The notes beneath the pieces were generated by a model. The model was not told the origin of the DNA and ran no database searches. It saw nothing but the letters and a program-made list of their open reading frames with translations. Below, piece by piece: positions 20,226 to 30,876 of a stretch of 64,000 nucleotides of DNA. Source of the DNA: Anaerohalosphaeraceae bacterium (lineage in GTDB: Bacteria > Planctomycetota > Phycisphaerae > Sedimentisphaerales > Anaerohalosphaeraceae); NCBI GenBank assembly GCA_963675525.2, contig CAXXSL010000016.1, positions 736,001 to 800,000 on the forward strand. The letters run 5' to 3'. Position numbers and translations under genes: made by a program. How positions within the stretch are numbered: position 1 is the stretch's first letter; each line of letters opens with the position of its first letter.

Positions 20226-20840
20226 ATGAAAATTGACGGTACAGACATTCAGTTCTTTACCAGCACTTACATTAAGATGTTTTTCCTGCTGGCGCCGTTT
20301 TTCACGATATCGTTGTTTTTGAAAATGAGTGAAACCAGCCGTTCCATCGACCGACACAGTGCCGCAATGAGGGCTTCGATTGCGATTTTAGTCGCAATCA
20401 CCGTGTTTTTCTTTTTCGGCAAAACACTTTTCGGCCTGTTGGGAATTACCTTGGCCGCATTTCAGATCGGTGCCGGAACCACCCTGTTCTTAACCTCTGT
20501 CATGCTGGTTCTGGGAATTAGCAACCCCCCAAAACAGGAAGAAAATGAAGATTTCAGCGTCGTTCCGCTTGCGTTGCCCATTATCGTCGGCCCCGGCACC
20601 ATCGGCACGCTGATGGTATGGGGCACTGAAATCACGGATTCTTCGCAACGATTGATTGCTTTCGCCGCAATATTAGCAGGCGGGATCACAATGTCGTTGT
20701 TTTTGCTCACGGCCGAGCATATTCAACGATTATTAGGCCGTAAAGTCATGCAGGTGATGATTAAGCTCACCGCACTGGTGCTGACGGCGCTGGCTGCGCA
20801 AATTGTTTTTACTGGCATCAAAAGTTTCATGGCTGCTTAA
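20226..20840 (+). CDS. MarC family membrane protein
   Basis: FQIGAG, VVPLALPIIVGPGTI. Confidence 0.9.
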   Translation: MKIDGTDIQFFTSTYIKMFFLLAPFFTISLFLKMSETSRSIDRHSAAMRASIAILVAITVFFFFGKTLFGLLGITLAAFQIGAGTTLFLTSVMLVLGISNPPKQEENEDFSVVPLALPIIVGPGTIGTLMVWGTEITDSSQRLIAFAAILAGGITMSLFLLTAEHIQRLLGRKVMQVMIKLTALVLTALAAQIVFTGIKSFMAA

Positions 20841-20957
20841 AATCAGACTGTTTGATTATTTAAGTCACGTGGATATTTGCTTGACTTCCCCCCCCTCTCT
20901 CTGGTATTGGTAACACGTTATAATAAGTCAACAATAAATCTTTTTTGGAGGATTACC

Positions 20958-21668
20958 ATGTCCAAGCGTCCGCTTTATCAATCTGCTTTCTTGTTTGTTT
21001 GTGTACTTGTATTAGCTTTGTTATGTTTATTGACACCGCTGCAGGCCGAAGAAAAAAGTGACTTCAAGATCGATCTGGCAAAATTCACCCAGGAAACCCA
21101 GAAATTTTCACAGGATGCCTCCGCCATGCAGTTTGTCTGGTGGATCCCGCTTAATTTCTGGGAAGAATCATTTAAAAGCGACCCGACTGTCAGCAAAGCT
21201 GACGCGGACGAAATGATTGACGCATTTAATGATTACGTTATGGTTGCTGTCGTGGACGGAACAATGGGTGACTACGGAAACATCACATATCGCTCCTACA
21301 GTACTATTGAGAGTAATCTTTCGATCATGGACAAAAACGGAAAAAAATATACGCCCCTGTCTTCAGACAAAATTAATGCCAAAACAACTGAGATGCTGTC
21401 GGCTTTTAAGCCCATCATGGCCAATATGCTTGGCAATATGGGGCAGAATCTGCACATTTTCATGTTTCCCAAAAAAGATGCAGAAGGTGCCGTCATTGAC
21501 GACCCCAAGTCTGAGGGATCATTTGCAGTTGTTTTAGGTAGCGACACATACAAATGGAAACTTCCGCTGATCTCGCTGTATCCTGTAATGCCCTGCGAAA
21601 AATGCAAGGAAGAATGCAGCGGCGCCTGGCATTACTGCCCCTGGTGCGGTACAAAAATTGCAAAATAA
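20958..21668 (+). CDS. Secreted hypothetical protein with C-terminal zinc ribbon
   Basis: GGAGG RBS, signal peptide, CEKC...YCPWCG. Confidence 0.75.
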   Translation: MSKRPLYQSAFLFVCVLVLALLCLLTPLQAEEKSDFKIDLAKFTQETQKFSQDASAMQFVWWIPLNFWEESFKSDPTVSKADADEMIDAFNDYVMVAVVDGTMGDYGNITYRSYSTIESNLSIMDKNGKKYTPLSSDKINAKTTEMLSAFKPIMANMLGNMGQNLHIFMFPKKDAEGAVIDDPKSEGSFAVVLGSDTYKWKLPLISLYPVMPCEKCKEECSGAWHYCPWCGTKIAK

Positions 21669-21692
21669 TTGATTAACGAGCATATAAATCGA

Positions 21693-21733
21693 CGGCTGTC
21701 CTTAACCGCTTGGTGAAGGACGGCCGTTTTTTA
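21693..21733 (+). terminator. Intrinsic terminator
   Basis: acggctgtcctt...aaggacggccgt followed by a T-run, between convergent genes. Confidence 0.7.
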
Positions 21734-21766
21734 TATGATTAGAGGGCAGCGTATCAGCCAGAAGAA

Positions 21767-22519
21767 TTATATTGAAACAGAATTAGCGCTACTCTGTTGA
21801 TTAAGTTTTTCATATTCGTCGGTTACCTGCATCAAGCGGTGCAATATCTGGCGCCCATCATTACCCGATTCTAACCCCAGAAACTCGATGCCCACCAAAA
21901 ATTGATGCTGATCCGGTTGATCTATGAGATAGCGTACATGCGCTTCCAATAACAACGGCCGCTCGTAGCTCATGGGCGTAAATTGAACACCAACAAGCTG
22001 TCCAACACAAAAACAATCTTTCATGTCCAGATCAACCGCGATTTGAGCACCGCTGGCTGATAAATTCAACAAACGGCCCTGCCAGTATTGTTCGATGGGA
22101 TCTTCAATGGTGTCATTCAGATAGCCTCGATGCCAGAACAGCGTTTTGACTTTTAAATTTGAGGGCACAGGCTGTCGCTCGTAAACCCGGCGCTGCATAC
22201 ATTCGGCTTTATCAGGGAGTTCCAAATGAACCTGAAAGCCGTTAAAACTCTCCTTTAATCCCAGAATCATTGCTTCAAATAGGTACTTAAAATGTCCTAT
22301 ATCTATGCATATACCAACTGGTTGGTTTGTCTTTAGGTTTTTGGCTCCATGATCTTCAGCCAGCACAATTCTTTCATGATCAAAAGAGGCTATTCGGGTA
22401 CTAAAAAGTCTCCATTTCCCCTGCTGTGTATAACTAACAACAACATGGGCCTTTTCCTGAACCGCCGTTAGCAAAAAATCACTAATCTGATCAAGTTTTA
22501 GCGTTTCACTTCGTGTCAT
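21767..22519 (-). CDS. PilZ-domain protein (YcgR-like c-di-GMP receptor)
   Basis: QRRVYER (RxxxR) and NLSASG ([D/N]xSxxG). Confidence 0.85.
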   Translation of the reverse strand: MTRSETLKLDQISDFLLTAVQEKAHVVVSYTQQGKWRLFSTRIASFDHERIVLAEDHGAKNLKTNQPVGICIDIGHFKYLFEAMILGLKESFNGFQVHLELPDKAECMQRRVYERQPVPSNLKVKTLFWHRGYLNDTIEDPIEQYWQGRLLNLSASGAQIAVDLDMKDCFCVGQLVGVQFTPMSYERPLLLEAHVRYLIDQPDQHQFLVGIEFLGLESGNDGRQILHRLMQVTDEYEKLNQQSSANSVSI

Positions 22520-22812
22520 TGTCAATATTCCCATCAAAAGGCCCTTTTTGCTATTTAAAGCTTAATATATATTCCAACTCCAACCTTCTATAAATCGGCA
22601 TCCATCGTAAAAACCTTGAATCCATTAAAAAAAGGGACCTTCGATTATCTATACGATGATACGGAACTTTTTGAGCGGCTCGGTCATAAAATAACCCAAA
22701 AAAGCCTATATCACAGCCAAATACGGATACTAATTTTTGGTTTTCGCAAGGGTTTTTAGATTCCGTTAATCGCAGCGTTGCAAATTATCTTTATCCAACG
22801 TATGATTGCCCC

Positions 22813-24147
22813 ATGGACAACGAACTGTTAAAACGTTATTCTTTGGCCGAAATCGCATTTCTGGCGATTTTTGTTCTGGGTATAGGGCTGGCACAAATCA
22901 TTGTAAAAGTTCGCCACCAGATCAAGCTTTCTGAGCCTATCGCCCTTCTCGGCTCGGGACTGTTGGTTTCTATGCCGACAAATCCCGGCTGGGAATACGA
23001 AACTGTCTGGCGGTACGAATCCGACAACAGTATGGCACTGGTCGGCAAACACCAGAGTGGCCGATTTCGGGACGCCTCGGTTCAGTGGAGTTATTATCTA
23101 TGCCGCCCAGAGGGAACGGCCCGAGAACTACTGGAACAGCGTATTGACCAAGCCGGAACCAAATTGGGCCAGATCGAATCGCTTTCAGGGGCGATCGATA
23201 TGGATTATGCCATTATTCATTCTGAAGGCACCAATCAGCCCTTTTATCTGGGCCTTGCGCGTATGGATCTGGGTCGATGTCTGGAATTGCGCGTCTATCC
23301 CCAGGATGCCGATGGGTACTATGCTGAAAATCTTTTCCGCTCTTTATTTTCGAGTATTCAATATGAGCTGCCGGAACAACTTCAGCACGGCAAAAATCTG
23401 ACGCGTGATTTTTGGAAAACCCTCGTGGCCAACTGGCTGTCTTTAAGTGAAAATAAAGAGGATGCCTTTTTGGTCAAATCTTCACAAAATCAAATTGTGG
23501 GATACTCGCAGTATCAATATGCCGTTCTTAATGGCAAAGGAAAAAAACAGCCGGAACTTTCGGTGCATCAGTATGAACGTAATTTTTTGCGGGTGGAGTC
23601 AACATTGCTATTCCACGACAGCAGCATATTTACCTGGACAACCTCCATTCAGCGTATCGGTATGAACCAACCACGTAAATACACGATTTCCAATGGGCCT
23701 GACGGAATCATTCAGGTCCATTCGGATTCCGATGAAAACAAGCAGTTCGCAACGGATTCTCTTTTTGTGCCGGAACTGCTTTTGCCGGAATATGCGGCCA
23801 TGCTGCTGGATTATGATAGAGAAAGCTTTGTGGTTGACGTTTTATTGTCAAATGGATTGATGGTACCGGCCGGGATCAGTCGGATTGATGTTTCCGAGGG
23901 TCATGCTCGTTCAGAAGAAATCGCTTACGTCATTCGAATCAATTTCTTTAACCGCCAGGAATCCATTGATGAACTTTATTATGACGCTGATAAACAACTC
24001 GTCGGACGATTTGAAAAACAGCCTTCACGGCAGCGTTTGTGGGATCTCACGTCGCCGGACAATATAGAGCAGATTTTCAAAGATATTCTTGAACCTCCTG
24101 AAGATAACGCCCCGCCGTTCATCAACAAAGAAACCATTAAAGCGTAA
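22813..24147 (+). CDS. Hypothetical membrane-anchored protein
   Basis: 444-aa ORF with N-terminal TM helix; no recognised motif. Confidence 0.7.
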   Translation: MDNELLKRYSLAEIAFLAIFVLGIGLAQIIVKVRHQIKLSEPIALLGSGLLVSMPTNPGWEYETVWRYESDNSMALVGKHQSGRFRDASVQWSYYLCRPEGTARELLEQRIDQAGTKLGQIESLSGAIDMDYAIIHSEGTNQPFYLGLARMDLGRCLELRVYPQDADGYYAENLFRSLFSSIQYELPEQLQHGKNLTRDFWKTLVANWLSLSENKEDAFLVKSSQNQIVGYSQYQYAVLNGKGKKQPELSVHQYERNFLRVESTLLFHDSSIFTWTTSIQRIGMNQPRKYTISNGPDGIIQVHSDSDENKQFATDSLFVPELLLPEYAAMLLDYDRESFVVDVLLSNGLMVPAGISRIDVSEGHARSEEIAYVIRINFFNRQESIDELYYDADKQLVGRFEKQPSRQRLWDLTSPDNIEQIFKDILEPPEDNAPPFINKETIKA

Positions 24148-24172
24148 CCATCAAAATACTTAGAGGAAAATT

Positions 24173-25171
24173 ATGGCTGAACAACTATATGATTGTGTCA
24201 TCGTCGGCGCCGGGCCGGCGGGCTTGGGAGCGGGTTTATACGCGGCGCGCGACAGGCAAAAAACATTACTGCTGGAAAAATTCTATCCCGGCGGACAGAT
24301 CAACAACACCGACCGTATCGAAAACTATCCCGGCTATGCCAACATCAGCGGAACCGATCTGGTCATGAAAATGGTCGAACAGGTGAAAAACTTTGGCGGC
24401 GAGATTAAGACCAGCGCCGAAGTCAAAAAATTAAAACGCCGCGACGATGGCCTGATTGAAATCTCAACCGCGAAAGAAACCTTCCTCGGTAAAATCGTGA
24501 TCCTCACCCCGGGCAGCTCCTATCGGCATTTGGACGTCCCGGGCGAAGAGGAGTTTCGCCAGGCAGGTGCGGGCGTCAGTTACTGCGGAACCTGCGATGC
24601 CCCCTTCTTTAAGGACAAAATCGTCGTTGCCGTGGGCGGCGGAAATACGGCGGTCGAAGACACACTGCATTTGGCCAAATATGCTAAAAAAGTTTATATG
24701 GTTCACCGGCGGCAGGAGTTTCGCGCGACTAAGGTGCTTGTTGAGGAACTCATGGAGTATGTGAACAAAGACGGCTCCAATCTCGAACTGATTCTCGACA
24801 GTACGCTTAGCGAAATTCAAGGCGAAAAGCACGTTCAAAAAGCGATGATTAAAAATGTCAAGACGAATCAGATGCGCGAGATTGAATGCGACGGCGTGTT
24901 TATCTTTGTCGGCATGGTTCCCAATACCGATTTCCTGAAAGGATTCGTCGAACTGACCGACAGCGGTTTTATCAAATGTGAAACAGCCTATTTGCGAACG
25001 AATATACCCGGTGTGTTTGTGGCAGGCGATTGCCGGATCGGAGCCGCGATGCAGTTAGTGACGGCCGTGGCCGACGGGGTTAACGCTGCGATGTGGATGA
25101 AACATTACCTCCGCGACCTGAACTGGTGGAACGCCCCGCTTTCCGACGCCCTGTCACCCGGCGAATGGTAA
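24173..25171 (+). CDS. trxB: Thioredoxin-disulfide reductase
   Basis: GAGPAG, ENYPG, VSYCGTCD, GGGNTA, AGD. Confidence 0.92.
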   Translation: MAEQLYDCVIVGAGPAGLGAGLYAARDRQKTLLLEKFYPGGQINNTDRIENYPGYANISGTDLVMKMVEQVKNFGGEIKTSAEVKKLKRRDDGLIEISTAKETFLGKIVILTPGSSYRHLDVPGEEEFRQAGAGVSYCGTCDAPFFKDKIVVAVGGGNTAVEDTLHLAKYAKKVYMVHRRQEFRATKVLVEELMEYVNKDGSNLELILDSTLSEIQGEKHVQKAMIKNVKTNQMREIECDGVFIFVGMVPNTDFLKGFVELTDSGFIKCETAYLRTNIPGVFVAGDCRIGAAMQLVTAVADGVNAAMWMKHYLRDLNWWNAPLSDALSPGEW

Positions 25172-25176
25172 GAATA

Positions 25177-25911
25177 TCAGTATCTCTTTCTTCGTTTTAA
25201 AACACCCCAAGTGCCGACGGAGATGAGCAACAATGTCGCAGGTTCAGGAACGGATGTTATTTCAATTGAATTTATATTAAAGAAATAACGTTCATCACCA
25301 TCACTTGCTCCCTGCGAGGAATAATAGTCTCTGCTGATTCTCAACCACGTAGAATTATAAGTATTGGAATTCGGTATTTTTTCCGGTTCTACGGGATCAA
25401 TATAGTTGTCGCTATTGAATCCATATCCAAATGAAACAGAATCCTGGATGTCAGGAATCGGCAACTCATTCGTGGCGCAGTAAATTCCGAAGCTTTTTGT
25501 TGTGCTGGCCATCCCCATCAAGTGAGGACCATAACTCGATGCGTTTTCTGAGTCAACAAGGGTATAAGGCATGTTGTTAAAGTTATATTCCTGTATGCAA
25601 CTCTGCTGCCTGAACACATTGATAGAATAATCAGCGAGCACTGTTTCATATTGCCAAAACCAGTCAATGGAAAATACATCGTCAATATATTCGTCTTCAA
25701 CCTTTTCAAAAAAATAGTCTTCAGCCATTAAATCGGTATCATACTTATAACTGCAGATTATTGTATCACCGATTTCAAACTGGTCTGCCGGGTTGCCTAC
25801 GTCCCAGGAACTTCGTTCGGAACACACACCTTCTACATTGACTTGTACTACCTGCGCATGACATGCGGCAGAAACAATAATAAGAATCGTTGTAAAAACC
25901 TTCTTTTTCAT
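25177..25911 (-). CDS. PEP-CTERM sorting domain protein
   Basis: Signal peptide; C-terminal VPEPATLLL + TM + KRRKR. Confidence 0.9.
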   Translation of the reverse strand: MKKKVFTTILIIVSAACHAQVVQVNVEGVCSERSSWDVGNPADQFEIGDTIICSYKYDTDLMAEDYFFEKVEDEYIDDVFSIDWFWQYETVLADYSINVFRQQSCIQEYNFNNMPYTLVDSENASSYGPHLMGMASTTKSFGIYCATNELPIPDIQDSVSFGYGFNSDNYIDPVEPEKIPNSNTYNSTWLRISRDYYSSQGASDGDERYFFNINSIEITSVPEPATLLLISVGTWGVLKRRKRY

Positions 25912-26046
25912 ACCCTGTCTCCATTCGTTGCTAATTATAGACTGCCATTTCCCGTATATGCGGCATACTCTGTAGGCTTTAAATTGATAGACACTTCAAA
26001 AAAAGTTTCCTTACTTATTTTCAACATCTCTTTATCTTAAAAGGGG

Positions 26047-26985
26047 TTATATGGACTCATTTTGTGTAAGCCCCATTCGTTCGGTCAGACGTTCAAACTC
26101 ATCGAGAGAATAATAATCAATGATGATACGTCCACGCTGGCCGCGTTTGTTGGCTTTGATGTTGACCTTTGTGCCGAGGATAGATTGGAGCTGCCGCTCT
26201 AAGTCGATAATATGGGCCAGCTTTTCCTTCTTTTCGGCCTTCTGTTCTGTTTTACCTTCGAGGTATTTTCTGACAAGCCGTTCAACTTCTCGGACACTGA
26301 ACCGCCCTGCCATAGCTCGATTGGCCAGCTTTTTTTGAAGATCATCCGTTGGCAGCGCAAGCATCGCTCGGGCATGTCCCATACTTAACTGCCCTTCCGA
26401 AAGCATCTGTTTAATCTCGCCAGGTAAGTTCAGTATTCGTAAGTAGTTAGCAACGACTGTGCGGTCTTCACCAAGACGTTTTGCCGCATCAACTTGTGTT
26501 AAATTAAACGAATTGATAAAATTCTGATACGCCTTCGCCCTTTCGATCGGATTCAAATCCGCCCTGTGAATATTCTCAACCAGCGCCAGTTCGAGCATCT
26601 CCTCATCGGTAGCTTGCCGGACAAACACAGGAACCAATTCTAATCCTGCCATTTCCGCTGCCCGAAAACGTCTTTCGCCTGCTATGATCTGGTATCCATC
26701 GCCTGACTTCCTGACAATGATCGGCTGGATAATTCCATTGGCTTTAATCGACTCACAGAGCTCGGCCAACTGCTCCTGATTCCAGGATGTCCGGGGCTGA
26801 TACGGATTTGGACGGATTTGAGAGACCGGCAATTCGGATTTTGCCAGTTCCAGCTTTGCATCCGGCGGAAATGAGGTTACATGTTCATTATCCTGTAATT
26901 CAGTGTTTTTTTTACTCATTGAACCCATTAATGCTTCAAGGCCGCGGCCCAAGTGCGGCTTTTTGACTTTTTTGCTATCCGACAT
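26047..26985 (-). CDS. parB: ParB/Spo0J chromosome partitioning protein
   Basis: LGRGLEAL, NPYQPR, IAGERRFRA, ENIHRADLNPIE, HTH; GGAGG RBS. Confidence 0.95.
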   Translation of the reverse strand: MSDSKKVKKPHLGRGLEALMGSMSKKNTELQDNEHVTSFPPDAKLELAKSELPVSQIRPNPYQPRTSWNQEQLAELCESIKANGIIQPIIVRKSGDGYQIIAGERRFRAAEMAGLELVPVFVRQATDEEMLELALVENIHRADLNPIERAKAYQNFINSFNLTQVDAAKRLGEDRTVVANYLRILNLPGEIKQMLSEGQLSMGHARAMLALPTDDLQKKLANRAMAGRFSVREVERLVRKYLEGKTEQKAEKKEKLAHIIDLERQLQSILGTKVNIKANKRGQRGRIIIDYYSLDEFERLTERMGLTQNESI

Positions 26986-27144
26986 GTTTGCCTCCATGCA
27001 CCCTTAAAGGGTGATAATTTTCCGCGAGAAGAACCAGCGTTCCAAACAGCCATATCACCACGCAGGAAAAAGTTTTGTTTTCCATTCATTCACTAATCGA
27101 CATTTTTAATCAAATTGAATCAAAAACACCAGAAAAAAATAGAG

Positions 27145-27160
27145 TGTTTCACGTGAAACA
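27145..27160. promoter_or_regulatory. parS: parS site 1
   Basis: Perfect TGTTTCACGTGAAACA. Confidence 0.9.
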
Positions 27161-27219
27161 CAAAAAAATATTTTACAACTTGATTCCGGCAGGGGGATAA
27201 GTGTGCATAAAAAAAGGAG

Positions 27220-27235
27220 TGTTTCACGTGAAACA
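27220..27235. promoter_or_regulatory. parS: parS site 2, inside a 28-bp perfect palindrome (27214-27241)
   Basis: aaggag-TGTTTCACGTGAAACA-ctcctt. Confidence 0.9.
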
Positions 27236-27276
27236 CTCCTTGAGAAATCCACACAAAAACAGAATAGGCGGGGTGA

Positions 27277-28773
27277 TTATTTTTCAATATGGGACATCAC
27301 AGGAATCCCATATATCTGAGCAATCTTGCTATTCTCGAGTTCTAACTGTGCTCTTGGTATAATCACCTTTGGTGAATCCATTTCAAATTCGATGACAAAA
27401 AACTTCGACACTTCTTCTTTATATAGTGTATCTACTAAATCTTTTAATCTGCGTATCTCCTTATTATTTATACTACTTACAACAAGCCTAGAAAGTTGCT
27501 GATAACCCAAATTGATTTCAGACGGAAGCACGTAGTTTAACACAACCACATCTCGGCGATCATCCGTCGGCTTAAAAGCGTTGTCTCCGTAATACTGGTA
27601 CAGGTGGGGCGGTACCTTTCCCGGCCAGCCATCTCCCCACATTCCCAAAAAATCACGGGTCATTTTCTGAAAAATAAATCCGCCTACGACCACGTATTCA
27701 GGCTGTCGGCCATAAAGATAATAGGGCACCAACATTTCATCAGCTTTAAAATTGCGCGCAACAATCTCGATTGTTTGTTTGTTTCCATCCCGCCAAATCT
27801 CAACAGTAATTTTATCGCCATCGGATCTCTGCAAGATAATGTTCTCAAAAGACAACCGATCATATTGGTCATGCAGATAACGACCATACGGATTTATCTC
27901 GTGTCCATCCATAGACAGAATCACATCACCTGCTTTTAGCTCTTCACTGCCGGTTCCCAGATTATAAACCGTATTGACATAAACACCGTAATCGATGGTT
28001 TCCGGCATCTTCAAATGCTTACGCATAGTCGGGTCCAAGAGGTTGTAAATCTCAAATCCAATCAGACCAAATCCTTTGTAAGTGCTTTTTTTAGCTTGAC
28101 TTAAAAACCTATTGATAGTTTCAGCGGGAATGATTCCCGAATCCGATTCGGTTCCCCAGCAAGCCATTCCAATGACATCATCATCACTGCAGCAAACTTC
28201 ACCGTCTCCAAAAGGGCGTGAGGTATTCGTGGCAAGGTATTGTAGATTCTTCACAAAAGACACATCGGAAAAACGCATTTCTGCACGGTCCAGTGTCGAC
28301 CGGGCATTGGTCAAATGACCGCCGGCTGACAGCCAATAAGTATCTAGACGTTGACCTTTTGGAAAGACTTCTTTGAATTTCAACGGTTTTAACGGTATTG
28401 ATATCGCTGTTTCATCTAATGTTAACAAGCATAGATTATATTCATAATCAACCACCTTAATCGTGGCCGGAATATACTCATTTTGCGCGTAGAGTCTTGC
28501 CTGTAAAAAAGTTGCGTTCATCACATTTTCAGCCGTGGTCAGAACTTCGTACGGTCCGACCGCGCAGCCGTATCCACCATCTTTAGATATCGGAGACTGC
28601 TTCCATGGCTGGTATTGTTCGTATTGACTGTTGCTGATTTCCAGATATACCAGCGACTGCTTCATGGGTTCGGTTAGGTCAACAGGTTCTGCGGCAGGCA
28701 GCAGGGCAGTCCAAGCCAGTTGCGCCGCAACAATCAGTACGGTAATATAGAACTTTTTATTCATCTTGATCAT
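27277..28773 (-). CDS. Trypsin-like/PDZ Deg-type protein lacking the catalytic triad
   Basis: Colinear with the neighbouring protease but has TTAENV, NLC, FGDGEV at the triad positions. Confidence 0.8.
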   Translation of the reverse strand: MIKMNKKFYITVLIVAAQLAWTALLPAAEPVDLTEPMKQSLVYLEISNSQYEQYQPWKQSPISKDGGYGCAVGPYEVLTTAENVMNATFLQARLYAQNEYIPATIKVVDYEYNLCLLTLDETAISIPLKPLKFKEVFPKGQRLDTYWLSAGGHLTNARSTLDRAEMRFSDVSFVKNLQYLATNTSRPFGDGEVCCSDDDVIGMACWGTESDSGIIPAETINRFLSQAKKSTYKGFGLIGFEIYNLLDPTMRKHLKMPETIDYGVYVNTVYNLGTGSEELKAGDVILSMDGHEINPYGRYLHDQYDRLSFENIILQRSDGDKITVEIWRDGNKQTIEIVARNFKADEMLVPYYLYGRQPEYVVVGGFIFQKMTRDFLGMWGDGWPGKVPPHLYQYYGDNAFKPTDDRRDVVVLNYVLPSEINLGYQQLSRLVVSSINNKEIRRLKDLVDTLYKEEVSKFFVIEFEMDSPKVIIPRAQLELENSKIAQIYGIPVMSHIEK

Positions 28774-28784
28774 ATCCTCATCAA

Positions 28785-30284
28785 TTAATTCGCGGGCACC
28801 TGGTATTTATTCCGAATCAGCGGGCTGCGTTCGGCGGCCTTTTTGGCCTCCATGACCAGCGGGCTGCTGTTGCCGATAAATTGAATGATCCAATAGCCGT
28901 CCTGATCCTTTTTGAATGCCTCATCTAAATCGGCTAACTTCTTTATTTTAAAGCCGTTAACGCTTTCCACGACCTGTCCTTTAAAGCCTTCGCTGTAGGC
29001 GTTCACCTCATCCGGCAGGACTTCCGAAAGAGACACATATTCGACCCGGTTCGGGTCATTGTTAAGCCGATTAGAATCGACAAATAAATAACGCAGTGTA
29101 AACGGAACATCGGTGATCCATGAACGGCCCCAACTTTCGAGATAGTTGCGTGTGACGGACACAAATGTTAGTCCGGCAAAAACACGATAGTCAGGCTTCT
29201 GGTCGTATTGTCGGTTCCAGGGCAGGACCGGGTCGTTTTGTGCGATGACTATTTTGCCGGATCGTTTTTTGCCCTCGCGATAGAAAGTAACGGTAATTTC
29301 TTCGCCGATTTGTTTGCGATCAACCGCTTCGCTCAGCTCCAAAGAAAGGCCGTCTATCAGAATTCGACCATCGTTATCAATATTGAAATCGTCGATTTGA
29401 GTAATCACATCGCCGTTCTTCAAAACATTTTGTGCCGTAGCCTTCAATAATATGTCGGTCACTACTACGCCGTCTTCATCGCTGGGAATTTGCAGGTATT
29501 CTTTATAGAATGGATTATGCACACCCGGAAAAAGTGATACGCCGATTTTGCCGAATCCGTCGCAGCGGCCATCTTCGATGTCCTTCAAAAAATGACCAAT
29601 AATCGTTGTTGGAATCATATATCCGATATTGTCGCCGCTCTGGAGGCCCTGAAAGGCAACGCCGACCACAAGCCCATCCTGAAAAACAGGGCCGCCGGAA
29701 TTGCCGGGATTGATGGCCGCATCGGTTTGGACCACCAGGTGCTGAGCGGCCTGGCTGTGGCTGTAAACACTTGTCTCTAAACGAGATACAACACCTTCGG
29801 TAACAGAGACCTGACGACCGCCCATCGGAAATCCACAGGTTTGTACTGTCGAGTTGATCTTCGGCAATCCGCCGAAACGAACCGGTTCAGTGTTTTCAAA
29901 AAACTGCGGATCCGAAACTTTTAAGACAGCCAGATCGCAACCATGACCTACAAATTCGACTTGAGCTGGATAACGCTGGGCAAGATTTTGCTTTTTGACC
30001 TCAATATAGCGTTGATTCGCCACATTATGCGCATTTGTCAGAATCCGGTTTCCTTTGATGACAAAGCCGGAGCCAACACCACGACCCATCGCCGCTTTTT
30101 TCCATGGGGTCGAATAATCATAATCCTGATTCACGGCCATGATCATCACGACTGATTTCTCATAGCTGGCCGATGGTGTCTCGGCAGGGGGGCTTTGGGC
30201 GTGACACAAGGAAAAAACGGCCATCGTTAACAGGGCAAGGATGCTGTTTCTGCTTTCTGTTGTTTTTTTTAACCCATTTACCAT
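28785..30284 (-). CDS. HtrA/Deg2-like serine protease with PDZ domains
   Basis: GSGFV, LTNAHNV, DLAVL, AAINPGNSGGP. Confidence 0.92.
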   Translation of the reverse strand: MVNGLKKTTESRNSILALLTMAVFSLCHAQSPPAETPSASYEKSVVMIMAVNQDYDYSTPWKKAAMGRGVGSGFVIKGNRILTNAHNVANQRYIEVKKQNLAQRYPAQVEFVGHGCDLAVLKVSDPQFFENTEPVRFGGLPKINSTVQTCGFPMGGRQVSVTEGVVSRLETSVYSHSQAAQHLVVQTDAAINPGNSGGPVFQDGLVVGVAFQGLQSGDNIGYMIPTTIIGHFLKDIEDGRCDGFGKIGVSLFPGVHNPFYKEYLQIPSDEDGVVVTDILLKATAQNVLKNGDVITQIDDFNIDNDGRILIDGLSLELSEAVDRKQIGEEITVTFYREGKKRSGKIVIAQNDPVLPWNRQYDQKPDYRVFAGLTFVSVTRNYLESWGRSWITDVPFTLRYLFVDSNRLNNDPNRVEYVSLSEVLPDEVNAYSEGFKGQVVESVNGFKIKKLADLDEAFKKDQDGYWIIQFIGNSSPLVMEAKKAAERSPLIRNKYQVPAN

Positions 30285-30394
30285 AATAGACTTATACTCC
30301 TTTTATAAAAACCATCTTTGAAACGAACGGTTTATCGGGCACTGACATCGCCTCGCTTTTATTATTTTTTATCGCGCTTTTCAGCCATCCATAT

Positions 30395-30676
30395 TTATTC
30401 AAAATCATAATGTTTCCTGACGGGTTGTGTTATTTTCCATATACATTTGAGGGTGTTGGGAAACGTGACGAAATCGCCCGGCCCGAATGAGACCGATTTT
30501 GAGGGTTCGCTAAAATCTTTAACAGTCACCTGTCCTTCAAGAATCAGGCATTTTTCGGTCTGGGTGTATTCCCAGTCAAATTCGCTGACGCCGCACTCCC
30601 AGATCGGCCAGTTTCTGCATGTTTGTGTCTCTTTGTCTGAAGGCTTGCGAATGATAATATCGTTAACTGTCGGCAT
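30395..30676 (-). CDS. Cupin domain protein (DUF861/EutQ-like)
   Basis: WPIWEC..SEFDWEY..TEKCLILEG, GDFVTFP, W.I..PVRKHY. Confidence 0.88.
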   Translation of the reverse strand: MPTVNDIIIRKPSDKETQTCRNWPIWECGVSEFDWEYTQTEKCLILEGQVTVKDFSEPSKSVSFGPGDFVTFPNTLKCIWKITQPVRKHYDFE

Positions 30677-30876
30677 TGGCGTTTTCCCCTTCACAAAAAT
30701 CCGGTTTACTGTTTCACAATCGTTGTTTTTTAATATACCGTTGCGGCGAGCGGAATGCCCGAACTTTTCAAAAAAAATTACCGAAATCAAATGTCCGCTG
30801 GAATCTGACAAAAGCTCTGGTAAGATGGGGCGTTATTATCAATGAATAATATCTAAATGAATAATAGGGATGTACG

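Noticed and set aside
25925..25950. Sigma54 promoter for the PEP-CTERM gene
   Set aside because: TGGCA is present but GG-to-GC spacing is 13, not 10
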